A stretch of DNA of 64,000 nucleotides from Burkholderiales bacterium (lineage in GTDB: Bacteria > Pseudomonadota > Gammaproteobacteria > Burkholderiales > Burkholderiaceae_D). The first letter of the stretch is position 1, and every line of letters starts with the position of its first letter. Under the pieces are notes generated by a model that had not been told where the DNA came from, made no database searches, and worked only from the letters and a program-made list of their open reading frames with translations. Below, piece by piece: positions 39,325 through 51,200 of the stretch. The stretch covers positions 20,247-84,246 of the forward strand of contig JBBQZO010000005.1 of the NCBI GenBank assembly GCA_038207625.1. Direction: 5' to 3'. The position numbers were made by a program, and so were the translations under genes.

Positions 39325-39708
39325 TTAAATGCGGAAACAGCAGTGTTGGATGGACAGCGGCGGCGCGGTGCTGCGCATCAGCAGCGTGGCGTCGATCGCG
39401 TCGGTGCGCGGCGCGACGATTTCTTCGGCTTGCAGCACGACGCACAAGGCGCCCGCCACGAACGGCTGCACATGCGGCGCGGCTGCGGTGTCAGCCGACT
39501 GGTTGCCAGCGTCGCAGTGCGCGTGGCACAGACCGGGCTGCGCCACCTTCATGCCGTGACAGTTCGCCATGTCCGCACCGACGTCCATGACCATCGGCGC
39601 GTCGCTGGTGCGCGGACACACGTAAGCCGCCACAGCCAACTGCGTAAACAGCAGGCTGAACAACGTAACAAGTGCGGCAAGCAGGCGCGCGGTGCGGGTC
39701 AAGGTCAT
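39325..39708 (-). CDS. DUF2946/CopL-like small secreted Cys/His/Met-rich protein (putative Cu-binding)
   Basis: 127 aa with signal peptide and CxxxH/HxHC/CHAHC motifs. First gene of the cus operon. Confidence 0.5.
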   Translation of the reverse strand: MTLTRTARLLAALVTLFSLLFTQLAVAAYVCPRTSDAPMVMDVGADMANCHGMKVAQPGLCHAHCDAGNQSADTAAAPHVQPFVAGALCVVLQAEEIVAPRTDAIDATLLMRSTAPPLSIQHCCFRI

Positions 39709-39760
39709 GTAGTCAATCGGGGAGTAACTAATAGTAAGGACATTTGGCGCATTCCGCAAG

Positions 39761-39790
39761 GCTGAGCAAGCACAGGCTGAGCAAGCACAG
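39761..39790. repeat. 15-bp tandem direct repeat x2 (ggctgagcaagcaca) upstream of the cus operon
   Basis: Perfect duplication in the promoter region. Confidence 0.6.
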
Positions 39791-40012
39791 CAATGATGGT
39801 TCGTGAGCCGCATACAACGAAATACGGCTCAAAAAATGAGTTAATTTCCCCGCGAATGCAGCGCAGGCAACTGGCTATGTTTGGCAACCATCAACCTGGC
39901 AGACATCGAGATACCAGCGTTGCGCCCTTACGTAGGCACTGCCCCAACCGCCGCCGCCGCGCGGACGCCAATTCGGCAAAGGCCAAGTGACCGGATAAAC
40001 TGGCGCGTCATG

Positions 40013-40279
40013 TCAACTACCAGAGAGGCATATGCATTCATACTCAAGATAGCGGCCCTTCGTGGTGATCGCCCCCCGCCCTTCCAATCGATAAGTCTGG
40101 TGTTCGCCGATACATTGCTTTGCACACATTTCGGTTAAGGATGCGCGCTCAGGAAGGAGGTGTGAAATAGACACGAAAACGAATAGGGCCGCAAACAAGA
40201 TGCAGGCGAATCGCATCTTCGTCATCACAAGAATGTTTTGCTTTCCTTTCATTTTTTTACCGGCCATCGCCCCGCCCAT
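40013..40279 (-). CDS. hypothetical small membrane protein
   Basis: 88-aa ORF in AT-rich DNA with a hydrophobic core (ILFAALFVFVSI). Confidence 0.3.
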   Translation of the reverse strand: MGGAMAGKKMKGKQNILVMTKMRFACILFAALFVFVSISHLLPERASLTEMCAKQCIGEHQTYRLEGRGAITTKGRYLEYECICLSGS

Positions 40280-40613
40280 CTTCTAGCGAGGATGCGACAC
40301 ATTCACGCACGTAATCATTCAAGGTCGAGCCATTTCTGGCCGCTTTCATCGCCGCGGCGCGGTGCAACGCCGGCGTCATTCGAACGTTGAAACTACCGCT
40401 AAATGGCTTGTCCGGTATCAGATTGTCGCGGGCGCACTTCTCGAGGTAATACTCGACCGCGTCTTGAAATGCTTTTTCCAGCTGCGCAGGAGCATCAGCC
40501 TCATAGGTGACCAGATCGTTGACGAACAACAGTTTCCCGTGAAGACAATCATCCTCGATGCTGACTTCGACTGATCCACAATATCCTTTGTAGCTCAGAG
40601 TCTTCTCGTTCAT
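40257..40613 (-). CDS. hicB: type II antitoxin HicB
   Basis: MNEKTLSYKGYCGSVEVSIEDDCLHGKLLF (HicB N-domain) plus C-terminal RHH-like DNA-binding tail. Confidence 0.8.
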   Translation of the reverse strand: MNEKTLSYKGYCGSVEVSIEDDCLHGKLLFVNDLVTYEADAPAQLEKAFQDAVEYYLEKCARDNLIPDKPFSGSFNVRMTPALHRAAAMKAARNGSTLNDYVRECVASSLEDGRGDGR

Positions 40614-40621
40614 ACGTCCTC

Positions 40622-40867
40622 TCATTTCCCCATCGCGTCAATCTGCTTGACTACTTCGCGCAGCACATATTTTTTCACGATCGTTTGCGGATGCGGCTGG
40701 TGCAAAAAAAACTTTTTCCCGTCCTCACTTTTAAATGTTCGGTACGAACCCGGCTTATCTGAAACATCTTGAAATCCAACTGATCTCAGCGCGGTCACGA
40801 GTTCATTCCACGTAAAGTCGGAGGGAATCGCGCGCAGTCTGGCGATGAGTTTGGCGGATTTGACCAT
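40622..40867 (-). CDS. hicA: type II toxin HicA (mRNA interferase)
   Basis: 81 aa 'LRSVGFQDVSDKPGSYRTFKSEDGKKFFLHQPHP', a dsRBD-like HicA fold. Immediately upstream of hicB. Confidence 0.85.
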   Translation of the reverse strand: MVKSAKLIARLRAIPSDFTWNELVTALRSVGFQDVSDKPGSYRTFKSEDGKKFFLHQPHPQTIVKKYVLREVVKQIDAMGK

Positions 40868-41190
40868 GGCATATCGAGTTAGTTGAAGTATAGTGCACCT
40901 GAATTTCAGTTGCAGAAACTTTGTCGCATCATGCTTTGGCGCCGATCATGCGCGCGTCCATCGAATGGCCAGCACCGGCTGGTGCCAAAGACCGGTTTCG
41001 CCACGCCGGCCACGCGATGCTGCGCGCCAGCATGTGGCCTCCCCGCGATCGGCGTGCTACTAGATCGTCAGCGGCGCACGCATTTAACACCCGGCGATAC
41101 AGATATGCTGCACATGCGCCAAGCTTGCTATCATGTCGGACTGTCGGCGCCACGCCGGCTTTTTTCCATCACAACGTAGGAGATCATCGA

Positions 41191-43248
41191 ATGAATTTAC
41201 GTCTGCTGTTGCTGGGCGCCGCGATGCTGGGCACGAACGCGCTGGCGGCAACGCGCGGCTTTACGGTTGAGGATCTGGTCAGCCTGGAGCGCATTGCCAG
41301 CCCGGTGCTGTCGCCCGATGCGACGCGCGTCGTCTACACGGTGCGCAACACCAACATGGACAAGAATCGCGGCCATACCGAGCTGTGGATGATCGACCTG
41401 CGCGCCGCCAAACCAACCCCGCAACGCCTGACCCAGAGCGACGCCAGCAACAGCGACCCGGAATGGTCTGCCGCCGGCGACGCGGTGTTTTTCCTGTCCA
41501 GCCGCTCCGGCTCGTCGCAGGTGTGGCGCCTGCCGGTGGCCGGCGGCGAACCGACCAAGGTCACCGACTTGCCGCTCGACGTCGACAATTTCCGCCTCTC
41601 GCCCAAGGGTGACCGGATCGCGCTCAGCGTCGGCGTGTTCCGCGACTGCGCCGATCTGGCCTGCACCAAAACGCGTCTGGACGAGCGCGCAAAAACCAAG
41701 GCCAGCGGCCACGTGTTTGACCACCTGTTCGTGCGCCACTGGGATGCCTGGGACGACGGCCGTCGCTCGGTGCTGTACACGGCCGCGCTGGACGCCAACG
41801 CGCATGTCAGCGGCGCGCCGGTCAGCCTCTCCGGCACCCTCGATGGCGACGTGCCGTCCAAGCCGTTCGGCGACCATGAAGAATATCGTTTCAGCCCGGA
41901 TGGCGCGACGGTCGTGTTTTCGGCCCGCGTGGCCGGCAAGAGCGAAGCCTGGTCGACCAACTTCGACATCTACCAGGTGCCCGCGGCCGGCGGCGCGCCG
42001 CGCAACCTGACGGCCGACAACCCGGCCTGGGATGCCCGTCCCACTTATTCCCCGGACGGACGTACCTTGGCCTACATGGCGATGACCCGCCCCGGCTTTG
42101 AAGCGGACCGTTTCCACATGGTGCTGATGGATCTGGCGACCGGCAAGAAGCGCACGCTGGCCGACAAATGGGACCGCTCGGTGGCCGATTTCCACTGGCG
42201 CGCCGACGGCAAGGCGCTCATCGTGGGCGCCGATGACCTGGGCCAGCACCGCGTGTTTTCGATGGACGCGGGCGACGGAAAAATCACGCCGTTGACCGGC
42301 AAAGGCTGGGTCACCGACTACAGCGTGCAAGGCGATACGCTGGTGGTGGCGCAAGCCAATCTGGCCTCCGGCGCCCAGCTGTACACGCGCAAACTGAGCA
42401 CACCCGGCGAAGAGCTGAGCAAGATCACCGAGCAAAACGCGGCCGCGCTGGCGGACGTCAAATTTGGCGACTACGAGCAGTTTTCCTTCGTCGGCGCAAA
42501 AGGCGAAACCGTGTACGGCTACGTCGTCAAGCCATGGAACGCCAAGCCGGGCGAAACCTACCCGATCGCCTTCCTGGTGCACGGCGGGCCGCAAAGCAGC
42601 TTCGCCAACGAGTGGAGCTATCGCTGGAATCCGCAAGTGTATGCCGGCGCCGGTTACGCCAGCGTGTTCATCGATTTTCACGGTTCGACCGGCTACGGCC
42701 AGGGCTTCACCGACGCGATCAGCGGCGACTGGGGCGGCAAGCCGCTGGAGGACTTGAAAAAAGGGTTGGCGGCGGCCACCAAGAAATTCCCGTGGCTGGA
42801 CCGTTCGCGCGCGTGCGCGCTGGGCGCCTCCTACGGCGGCTACATGATGAACTGGATCGAAGGTAACTGGGCCGACGGCTTCCGTTGCATCGTCAACCAC
42901 GACGGCGTGTTCGACAACCGTTCGATGTACTACTCGACCGAAGAACTGTGGTTCAACGAATGGGAAAACGGCGGCACCTATTACGCCGCGCCGGCCAAGC
43001 ACGAGAAATTCAACCCGGTCAATTTCGTCACCAAGTGGAAGACGCCAATGCTGGTGGTGCAGGGCGAAATGGATTTCCGCATTCCGACCACCCAGGGTCT
43101 GGGCGCGTTCACGGCGCTGCAACGGCGCGGCATCGACAGCAAGCTGCTGGTGTTCCCAGATGAGAACCATTGGGTGCTGAAGCCGGCCAACTCGGTGCTG
43201 TGGCATCACACCGTGCTGGACTGGCTCGACCATTACACCAAGCGCTAG
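41191..43248 (+). CDS. S9-family serine peptidase (prolyl oligopeptidase/acylaminoacyl-peptidase type), secreted
   Basis: Signal peptide MNLRLLLLGAAMLGTNALA. Beta-propeller N-terminal half. 'GASYGGYM' nucleophile elbow. Asp/His in the C-terminus. Confidence 0.85.
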   Translation: MNLRLLLLGAAMLGTNALAATRGFTVEDLVSLERIASPVLSPDATRVVYTVRNTNMDKNRGHTELWMIDLRAAKPTPQRLTQSDASNSDPEWSAAGDAVFFLSSRSGSSQVWRLPVAGGEPTKVTDLPLDVDNFRLSPKGDRIALSVGVFRDCADLACTKTRLDERAKTKASGHVFDHLFVRHWDAWDDGRRSVLYTAALDANAHVSGAPVSLSGTLDGDVPSKPFGDHEEYRFSPDGATVVFSARVAGKSEAWSTNFDIYQVPAAGGAPRNLTADNPAWDARPTYSPDGRTLAYMAMTRPGFEADRFHMVLMDLATGKKRTLADKWDRSVADFHWRADGKALIVGADDLGQHRVFSMDAGDGKITPLTGKGWVTDYSVQGDTLVVAQANLASGAQLYTRKLSTPGEELSKITEQNAAALADVKFGDYEQFSFVGAKGETVYGYVVKPWNAKPGETYPIAFLVHGGPQSSFANEWSYRWNPQVYAGAGYASVFIDFHGSTGYGQGFTDAISGDWGGKPLEDLKKGLAAATKKFPWLDRSRACALGASYGGYMMNWIEGNWADGFRCIVNHDGVFDNRSMYYSTEELWFNEWENGGTYYAAPAKHEKFNPVNFVTKWKTPMLVVQGEMDFRIPTTQGLGAFTALQRRGIDSKLLVFPDENHWVLKPANSVLWHHTVLDWLDHYTKR

Positions 43249-43287
43249 TCGCGCTGCGCCGGCCGCTTGTGCCGGCGCAGCCATCGC

Positions 43288-43320
43288 AAAAAAAGCCGAC
43301 CTCGCCGTCGGCTTTTTTTC
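43288..43320. terminator. bidirectional rho-independent terminator
   Basis: A7-gccgac-ctcgcc-gtcggc-T7. Confidence 0.75.
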
Positions 43321-43534
43321 GTCCCTGGCGCGCCGCGCGCGCCTATGCCGCACAGGATCAGGATCTGCGCAGTCCGATTTCCCAATGTATCGCAATGTAT
43401 GCGCTGTGCACGGATTGGTAACGTACTGTGTCCCTTGCGCATTAATATACCGGCAAATGATAGTATCAAGTTCGCCATGCTGGCGCGCCGCCGGGCCCCT
43501 TCGCCGCCAGCAAGAACGCAACACAAGGACAACG

Positions 43535-45136
43535 ATGGAATCGCACTTCGACCAACCAGCAAACAAGCCGGCCACACGCCGCTCCCCTAGCCGCCGCGCG
43601 CGCATCGTCGGCGCGCTGATCGCGCTGATCGCCCTGGGCGGCTTGGGCGGCCTGGCCTGGTACCTGACCCATCCCGACGCCCCCGCCGGCGGCGCTGCCG
43701 GCGCGGGAGCTGGTGGCGGCCCTGGCGGCCCTGGCGGCGGCGGCCGCGGCGGACGCGGCGGCGCGCCCACCACCGTCGGCGTCGCCAGCGCCGAGCTGGC
43801 CGACCTGCCGGTCATGCTTGATGCGCTGGGCAGCGTCAGCGCGGCGGCCACCGTCACCGTGCGCCCGCAGGTGGCGGGCGTGCTCAAGGAAGTGCTGTAC
43901 CACGAGGGCCAGCCGGTCAAGGCTGGCCAACTGCTGGCGCGTATCGATCCGCGCCCGTTCGAGCTGGCCTTGCAGCAGGCCAGCGGTCAACTGCAGCGCG
44001 ACCAGGCGCAGCTCGAAAACGCCCGGCTCAGTTTGCAGCGCTTCCAGACCTTGCTGAGCCAGGACTCGATCGCGCGCCAGGACGTGGACACCCAGGCAGC
44101 ATTGGTCAAGCAGCTCGACGGCACGGTGATGATCGACCGCGCCAACGAAAGCACGGCGCGCCTCAATCTCAGCTATACCCGCATCGTCGCGCCGATCAGC
44201 GGACGCGTTGGCCTGCGCACCGTCGATGCCGGCAATCTGGTCAGCACCGGCGACGCCAACGGCGTGGCGCTGATCACCCAAGTGTCGCCGATCGACGTGA
44301 CATTCGCGCTGCCGCAAGACCGCGTGCCCGAATTGCAGGCGCGCGCCGGCAACGGCCCGGCCCCGTCGGTGACCGCGCTGGACCGCAACCGCAGCAACGT
44401 ACTCGACACCGGGCACTTCCTCGCGCTCGACAACCAGGTCGACGTGCAGACCGGCACCGTGCGCGCCAAGGCCCGCTTCGCCAATGAAAAACTGACGCTG
44501 TTCCCCAGCCAGTTCGTCAACGTTCAGCTGATGCTGCGCACCGTCAAGGACGCGGTGATGGTGCCGGTCACGGCGCTGCGCCATGGCGGCAGCGGCGACT
44601 TCGTCTACGTGCTTAATGCCGCCGAGCGCACCGTCGCGCTGCGCCCCGTCACGCGTGGTGAAGCCACCGTCGACAAGGTGCAGATCGCGACCGGCTTGAA
44701 GGCCGGCGAAAAAGTCATTACCGAAGGGGCCGACCGGCTCAAGGATGGTGCCAAAGTCACGCTGCCGGGCGACAAACCCGCGTTTGGTGGCGGTGGTGGC
44801 GGCGGACGCGGCAAACGTGGTCAGCGCGGCGACGGCGCGGCTGCAGGCAGTGCGGCGGCAAGCGGCGCCTCGGCAAGCGGCCCTGCGGCGGCCGGGGAAT
44901 CGGGCGCGGCCTCGGCACACGCCTGGGGCGGCAAGAAAAATGCGGCAGGCGCGGCGGACTCGGAATCCACGCCGGCAGCAGCATCGGGCCCCGGCTCGGC
45001 ACACGGATGGGGTGGAAAAAAAGCGGCGGGTGAAGCCGAATCGGCATCCGCATCAGGGTCCGCCTCGGCGGCCCAGGGCGACGCAAGCGCGCCGCGCGAA
45101 CATCACCGCCGCGCCAAAGAGGCGAGCGCGCAATGA
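43535..45136 (+). CDS. mdtA: multidrug efflux RND adaptor (MdtA/MuxA type) with low-complexity N-linker and C-terminal repeat tail
   Basis: Start MESHFD. TM anchor, (G/A/P)-rich linker, MFP core, then ~110 aa of G/A/S-rich tail with 2x 'SAHxWGGKK(N/A)A(A)G'. Confidence 0.85.
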   Translation: MESHFDQPANKPATRRSPSRRARIVGALIALIALGGLGGLAWYLTHPDAPAGGAAGAGAGGGPGGPGGGGRGGRGGAPTTVGVASAELADLPVMLDALGSVSAAATVTVRPQVAGVLKEVLYHEGQPVKAGQLLARIDPRPFELALQQASGQLQRDQAQLENARLSLQRFQTLLSQDSIARQDVDTQAALVKQLDGTVMIDRANESTARLNLSYTRIVAPISGRVGLRTVDAGNLVSTGDANGVALITQVSPIDVTFALPQDRVPELQARAGNGPAPSVTALDRNRSNVLDTGHFLALDNQVDVQTGTVRAKARFANEKLTLFPSQFVNVQLMLRTVKDAVMVPVTALRHGGSGDFVYVLNAAERTVALRPVTRGEATVDKVQIATGLKAGEKVITEGADRLKDGAKVTLPGDKPAFGGGGGGGRGKRGQRGDGAAAGSAAASGASASGPAAAGESGAASAHAWGGKKNAAGAADSESTPAAASGPGSAHGWGGKKAAGEAESASASGSASAAQGDASAPREHHRRAKEASAQ

Positions 45137-45164
45137 CGATAGCAATCGTGTCCGGAGCGACATC

Positions 45165-48100
45165 ATGAGCCCGTCCAGCCCCTTCATCGTGCGCCCGGTG
45201 GCGACGTCACTGCTGATGGTCGCCATCGTGCTGGCCGGCCTGGTCGGTTTCAAATTCATGCCGCTGTCGGCGCTGCCGCAGGTCGATTTCCCGACCATTC
45301 AAGTGCAAACGCTGTACCCCGGCGGCAGTCCGGAGGTGATGAGCCAGACCGTGACGGCGCCGCTGGAGCGCCAGTTCGGCCAGATGGCCGGTTTGCAGCG
45401 CATGAGTTCGACCAGCGCCGCCGGCGTGTCGCTGGTGACGCTGCAATTTGGCCTGGGCCAGACGCTCGACGTGGCCGAGCAGGAGGTGCAGGCGGCGATC
45501 AACGCGGGCGGCTCGCTGCTGCCGGCCGACCTGCCGGCGCCGCCGGTGTACGCCAAGGTCAACCCGGCCGACGCGCCGGTGCTGACGCTGGCGATCACGT
45601 CGGACACGCTGCCGCTGACCGAAGTGCAGAACATCGTCAACACCCGGCTGGCGCTGAAAATCAGCCAGGTTACCGGCGTCGGCCTGGTCACGCTGTCGGG
45701 CGGACAGCGTCCGGCCGTGCGCATCCAGGGCGACACGCGCGCGCTGGCATCCTACGGCCTGGGGCTCGACACGCTACGCACCGCCATCGCGGCGGCCAAC
45801 GCCAACGGCGCCAAGGGCAGCATCGACGGACCAACGCGCGCCTACACCATCAACGCCAACGACCAGCTGGTCGCCGCCAGCGACTACAAGAGCCTGATCG
45901 TGGCCTACAAAAACGGCGCGCCGGTGCGCCTGTCGGACGTTGCCCAAGTGATCGACAGCGCCGAAAACGTCAAGCTGGGCGCCTGGGCCAGCCTGACCCC
46001 GGCGATCATCCTGAACGTGCAGCGCCAGCCGGGCGCGAACGTGATCGCCACGGTCGACGCGATCAAGGCGCGCCTGCCCGAGCTGCAAGCCGGGCTGCCG
46101 TCGGCGCTGCGTGTGCAGGTGCTGTCGGACCGCACTACCGGCATCCGCGCCTCGGTTGAGCACGTCGAAATCGAACTGACGCTGGCCGTGGTACTGGTGG
46201 TGCTGGTTATTTTCGGGTTTCTGCACAGCCCGCGCGCGACCGTCATCGCCAGCCTGGCCGTGCCCATTTCACTGATCGGCACCTGCGGCGCGATGTACCT
46301 GCTCGGCTACAGCCTGAACAACCTGAGCCTGATGGCGCTGACCATTGCCACCGGCTTCGTCGTCGATGACGCGATCGTGATGATCGAAAACATCGCCCGC
46401 TATATCGAGGAGGGCGAGCAGCCGATGCAGGCCGCTTTGAAAGGCGCCGCACAGATCGGTTTTACCATCATCTCGCTGACCGTCTCGCTGATCGCCGTGC
46501 TGATTCCGCTGCTGTTCATGGGCGACGTGGTGGGCCGCCTGTTTCGCGAATTTGCCATCACGCTGGCCATCACCATCCTCATTTCGGCGGTGGTGTCGCT
46601 GACGCTGGTGCCGATGATGTCGGCGCGCTGGCTCACCGCCGGCAAGCAGAAAGAAAGCAAACTGCAAAAGCAGTTCGACAAAGTAGTCGGCTATTACGAC
46701 CGTTCGCTCGGCTGGGTGCTGGACCATCAGGGCCTCACGCTGTTGGTCGCGCTGGCCACCCTGCTGCTGACGGTGCTGCTGTACGTGGTGATCCCGAAAG
46801 GTCTGTTCCCGACGCAGGACACGGGCCAGTTGCAGGCCCGGATAGAAACCGCGCAATCGGTGTCGTACGCGCGCATGGCCGGCCTGCAGCAAGCGGCCGC
46901 GCGCGCCATCATGGATGACCCGGACGTGGCCACCTTGAGTTCGCTGGTCGGCGTCGACGCGGCCAACAACACCATGCTGCACACGGGGCGCATGCTGATC
47001 AACCTCAAGCACGCGCGCAGCGGCACCCAGCAGGAAACCATGGAGCGGCTGCGCCGGCGCGTGGCCGACGTGGCCGGCGTGACCATCTACCTGCAGCCGA
47101 CCCAGGATTTGACGATCGACGCCGAGACCGGCCCGACCCAGTTCCGCGTCTCGCTCGAAGCGTCCGACAACAAGCTGGTGCTGGAATGGGCCGCCAAGCT
47201 GGTCCAGCAGATGCAGGCGATGGCGCCGCTGCGCAATGTCGTCTCGGACGCCGCCGCCAGCGGCAGCGCGGTGTTCATCGACATCGACCGCGACAGCGCG
47301 GCGCGCCTGGCCATCAGCGCCGCCGCCATCGACGACGCGCTCTACAGCGCCTTCGGCCAGCGCATCGTCTCGACCATCTTCACCGAGACCAACCAGTACC
47401 GCGTGATCCTCGAGGCGCGTCCCGACGCGCTGACCACCCCGGCCACGCTGGGCGAACTGCAACTGCGCACCGCCTCCGGCAAGGCCACGCCGCTGTCGGC
47501 CATCGCCACCATCAGCGAACGCCCGGCGCCGCTGCAGGTGACCCGCGTGGCGCAGTATCCCGCCACCACGATTGGCTTCGACACGGCCAATGGCGTCTCG
47601 CTGGGCAAGGCGGTCGACACGGTGCGCCAGGCGGCCAGCGAAATCGGCCTGCCGCCCACCGTGACGCTCACTTTCCTGGGCGCGGCCAGCGCCTACCAGG
47701 CGTCGCTGACGAGCCAGCTGTGGCTGATCCTGGCCGCGGTGATCTGCGTCTACATCGTGCTTGGCGTGCTGTATGAAAGCTATATCCATCCGCTCACCAT
47801 CATCTCCACCCTGCCCTCGGCCGGCGTGGGCGCGCTGCTGGCCTTGATGATCAGCGGCCAGGACCTGGGCGTGATCGGCATCATCGGCATCATCCTGCTA
47901 ATTGGCATCGTCAAGAAAAACGCCATCATGATGATCGACTTTGCCATCGACGCCGAGCGCAATGAAGGCAAGGACGCGCGCGCGGCGATCCATCAGGCGG
48001 CGCTGCTGCGCCTGCGCCCTATCCTGATGACGACGATGGCCGCGCTGTTCGCCGCCGTGCCGCTGATGCTGGGTTGGGGCGAAGGCGCCGAGTTGCGCCG

Positions 48101-48248
48101 TCCGCTGGGCCTGGCCATCTTCGGCGGCCTGATCGTGAGCCAGGCACTGACGCTATTTACCACCCCGGTGATCTATCTCGGCTTTGACAGCCTGGGCCGG
48201 CGCTGGTCGCGCAAACGCGCCGGCAAGCCGGCGGGAGAAGCCGTTTGA
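45165..48248 (+). CDS. mdtB: multidrug efflux RND permease
   Basis: 1027 aa, 12 TM, RND family. Confidence 0.9.
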   Translation: MSPSSPFIVRPVATSLLMVAIVLAGLVGFKFMPLSALPQVDFPTIQVQTLYPGGSPEVMSQTVTAPLERQFGQMAGLQRMSSTSAAGVSLVTLQFGLGQTLDVAEQEVQAAINAGGSLLPADLPAPPVYAKVNPADAPVLTLAITSDTLPLTEVQNIVNTRLALKISQVTGVGLVTLSGGQRPAVRIQGDTRALASYGLGLDTLRTAIAAANANGAKGSIDGPTRAYTINANDQLVAASDYKSLIVAYKNGAPVRLSDVAQVIDSAENVKLGAWASLTPAIILNVQRQPGANVIATVDAIKARLPELQAGLPSALRVQVLSDRTTGIRASVEHVEIELTLAVVLVVLVIFGFLHSPRATVIASLAVPISLIGTCGAMYLLGYSLNNLSLMALTIATGFVVDDAIVMIENIARYIEEGEQPMQAALKGAAQIGFTIISLTVSLIAVLIPLLFMGDVVGRLFREFAITLAITILISAVVSLTLVPMMSARWLTAGKQKESKLQKQFDKVVGYYDRSLGWVLDHQGLTLLVALATLLLTVLLYVVIPKGLFPTQDTGQLQARIETAQSVSYARMAGLQQAAARAIMDDPDVATLSSLVGVDAANNTMLHTGRMLINLKHARSGTQQETMERLRRRVADVAGVTIYLQPTQDLTIDAETGPTQFRVSLEASDNKLVLEWAAKLVQQMQAMAPLRNVVSDAAASGSAVFIDIDRDSAARLAISAAAIDDALYSAFGQRIVSTIFTETNQYRVILEARPDALTTPATLGELQLRTASGKATPLSAIATISERPAPLQVTRVAQYPATTIGFDTANGVSLGKAVDTVRQAASEIGLPPTVTLTFLGAASAYQASLTSQLWLILAAVICVYIVLGVLYESYIHPLTIISTLPSAGVGALLALMISGQDLGVIGIIGIILLIGIVKKNAIMMIDFAIDAERNEGKDARAAIHQAALLRLRPILMTTMAALFAAVPLMLGWGEGAELRRPLGLAIFGGLIVSQALTLFTTPVIYLGFDSLGRRWSRKRAGKPAGEAV

Positions 48249-51200
48249 ACCTGTCCGCACCGTTTGTCAGGCGTCCGGTCGGCACGCTGCTGTTGACGAT
48301 CGGCCTGGCGCTGTCGGGCATCGGCGCGTTTTTCGTGCTGCCGGTGTCGCCGCTGCCGCAGGTCGACTACCCGACCATCTCGGTGTCGGCCAACCTGCCC
48401 GGCGCCAGCCCGAACACCATGGCCACCAGCGTGGCCACGCCGCTGGAACGGCGCCTGGGCGTGATTGCCGGCGTCAACGAGATGACTTCGTCGAGCGGCA
48501 ATGGCCAGAGCCGCATCAGCCTGCAGTTTGAGCTCACCCGCAAGATCGACGCGGCCGCGCGCGAAGTGCAGGCGGCCATCAACGCCGCGCGGGTCGATCT
48601 GCCGGCCACGCTGCGCAGCAATCCCACCTACCGCAAGGCCAACCCGGCCGACGCGCCCGTGATGATCCTGGCGCTCACGTCCAAGACGCGCACGCCCGGC
48701 CAGGTGTACGACGCGGTGTCGAACCTGGTGCAGCAAAAGCTGGCGCAGGTCAATGGCGTGGGTGACGTCGAACTGGGCGGCGGCTCGCTGCCGTCGGTGC
48801 GCGTGGAGCTGCTGCCGTATGCATTGAGCCGCTACGGCGTGAGCATGGAAGACGTGCGCGCGGCGATCCAGGCCAGCAGCGCCAACCGGCCCAAGGGCGC
48901 CATCGAAGGCGACGACCGGCGCCTGCAGGTGTATTCGGGCAGCGGCACGGGTGGGCACAACGCGGCCGACTTCCGCCCGCTCGTCGTCGCCTGGCGCAAC
49001 AACGCCGCGATCCGCCTGTCCGACGTGGCCGAAGTGGTCAACGGAGTGGAAAATACCAACACGCTGGGCCTGTTCAATGGCGAGCCGGCGGTGGTGGTCC
49101 TGATCACCCGCCAGCCGGGCGCCAACGTGATCGAGACGGTCGATGGCATCCGCGCGCTGCTGCCCGATCTGCAGGCGGCGCTGCCGCAGGACGTCAAGCT
49201 GGAAGTGGCCTCCGACAGCACCAATTCGATCCGCTCGTCCCTGCACGAGATCGAACTGACCCTGATCATTTCGATCGTGCTGGTGGTGCTGGTGGTGAGC
49301 GCATTTTTGCGCAGCGTGCGCGCCACCATCATCCCGGCAGTGGCCACCATCGTGTCACTGCTGGGCACCTTCGGCGTCATGTATTTGCTCGGCTTTAGCC
49401 TCAACAACCTGAGTCTGATGGCGCTCACGGTAGCCACCGGTTTTGTCGTCGACGACGCCATCGTGGTGCTGGAAAACACCGCCCGCCACATCGAGGCCGG
49501 CATGGAGCGCATGCAGGCGGCGCTGCTGGGCGCGCGCGAGGTGGGCTTCACGGTGCTGTCGATCAGCGTCTCGCTGGTGGCCGTGTTCATCCCGCTGCTG
49601 TTCATGGCCGGCCAGGTGGGCCGCTTGTTCCGCGAGTTCGCCGTGACGCTGTCGGTGGCGGTGATGATCTCGCTGCTCATTTCGCTGACCACCACGCCGA
49701 TGATGTGCGCCTGGCTGCTCAAGTCCGGCACCCCGACGCGCCAGCCGGGGCGCGTGGCGCGCTGGTTCGAGCGCGGTTTTGACTTCATCCACCGCCTCTA
49801 CGAGCGCAGCCTGGACTGGGCCATGGCCAGCGTCGCGCTGGTGATGTGCATCCTGGTGGCGGTGGTGGCGCTGAACGTCTACCTGTTTTCCAGCGTGCCG
49901 AAAGGCTTCTTCCCGCAGCAGGACACGGGACAGATCAACGGCGGCCTGCGCGCCGACCAGAGCATCTCGTTCCAGGCGATGCAGGACAAGCTGCGCCAGA
50001 TGGTCGACATCATCCGGCGCGACCCGGCCGTGGCCACCGTGGTCGGTTTCACCGGCGGCTCGCGCGCCGGCGGCGGCTTCATGTTCGTCAACCTGAAGCC
50101 GGTCGCGCAACGCACCGACAAGGGCCAGGCGGTGATCGCGCGGCTGCGTCCGCAACTGGCCAAGGTGACCGGCGTGAGCCTGTTCCTCAATCCCGTGCAG
50201 GACGTGCGCATGGGCGGGCGTCAGAGCAATTCGACCTATCAGTACACCCTGAAAAGCGACAACCAGGCCGACCTGAAACTGTGGGCCACCAAGCTGGCCG
50301 AGGCCATGAAGGGACAAAGCGCGCTGACCGACGTGGACACCGACCAGCAGGAGAACGGCGTGGAAACCTATGTGCACATCGACAAGGACAGCGCCGCGCG
50401 GCTGGGTCTGTCGGCGCGCGACATCGACAATGCGCTGTACGACGGCTTCGGCCAGCGCCAGGTGGCCACGCTGTACGCCGACCTGAACCAGTACCACGTG
50501 GTGATGGAAGTGGCGCCCCGTTTCGCGCGCAGCCCGGAGGCGCTGCGCGACCTGTATGTGCCGGCGCGCGGCCAGGTGTCGACCGACGCGGCCAGTGCTG
50601 GCGCGGCGGCGCCGGCCTCGGTGGTCAACCCGGCGCTGCGCGATCCGTCGAGCGGCCAGGCGGTCAGCGCGGCGGCCACCCGCATGGTGCCGCTGTCGGG
50701 TTTCGCCAGCTTCGCCGACAGCGCCACCGCCAGCTCGATCAACCACCAGGACGCCGAACTGGCCACCACCGTGTCGTACAATCTGGCGCTGGGCAGCACG
50801 CTGTCGGACGGCCAGGCGGCGGTGCATCAGGCCGAGGCCGAGATCGGCATGCCCAACAATGTGCGCGGCAGCTTCCAGGGCACCGCACGCGCCGCCCAGG
50901 ATTCGCAGAACCAGCAGCCGCTGCTGATCCTGGCCGCGCTGGTGGTGATCTACATCGTGCTGGGCATGCTGTACGAATCACTGATCCATCCGCTGACGGT
51001 GATCTCGACGCTGCCCTCGGCCGGCGTGGGCGCAGTGCTGGCGCTGCTGCTGTTCAAGATGGAATTCACCATCATCGCGCTGATCGGCGTGTTCCTGTTG
51101 ATCGGCATCGTCAAGAAGAACGCCATCCTGATCATCGACTTCGCGCTGGAGGCCGAGCGCACGCGCGGTCTGTCGGCGTTCGACGCCGTGCGCGAAGCAT

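Noticed and set aside
41197-43920. 907-aa reverse ORF
   Set aside because: Antisense to the S9 peptidase and the mdtA start. Gly/Arg/Ala-rich nonsense.
46269-50827. Two ~500-aa reverse ORFs (46269..47789, 49355..50827)
   Set aside because: Antisense shadows of mdtB and mdtC.
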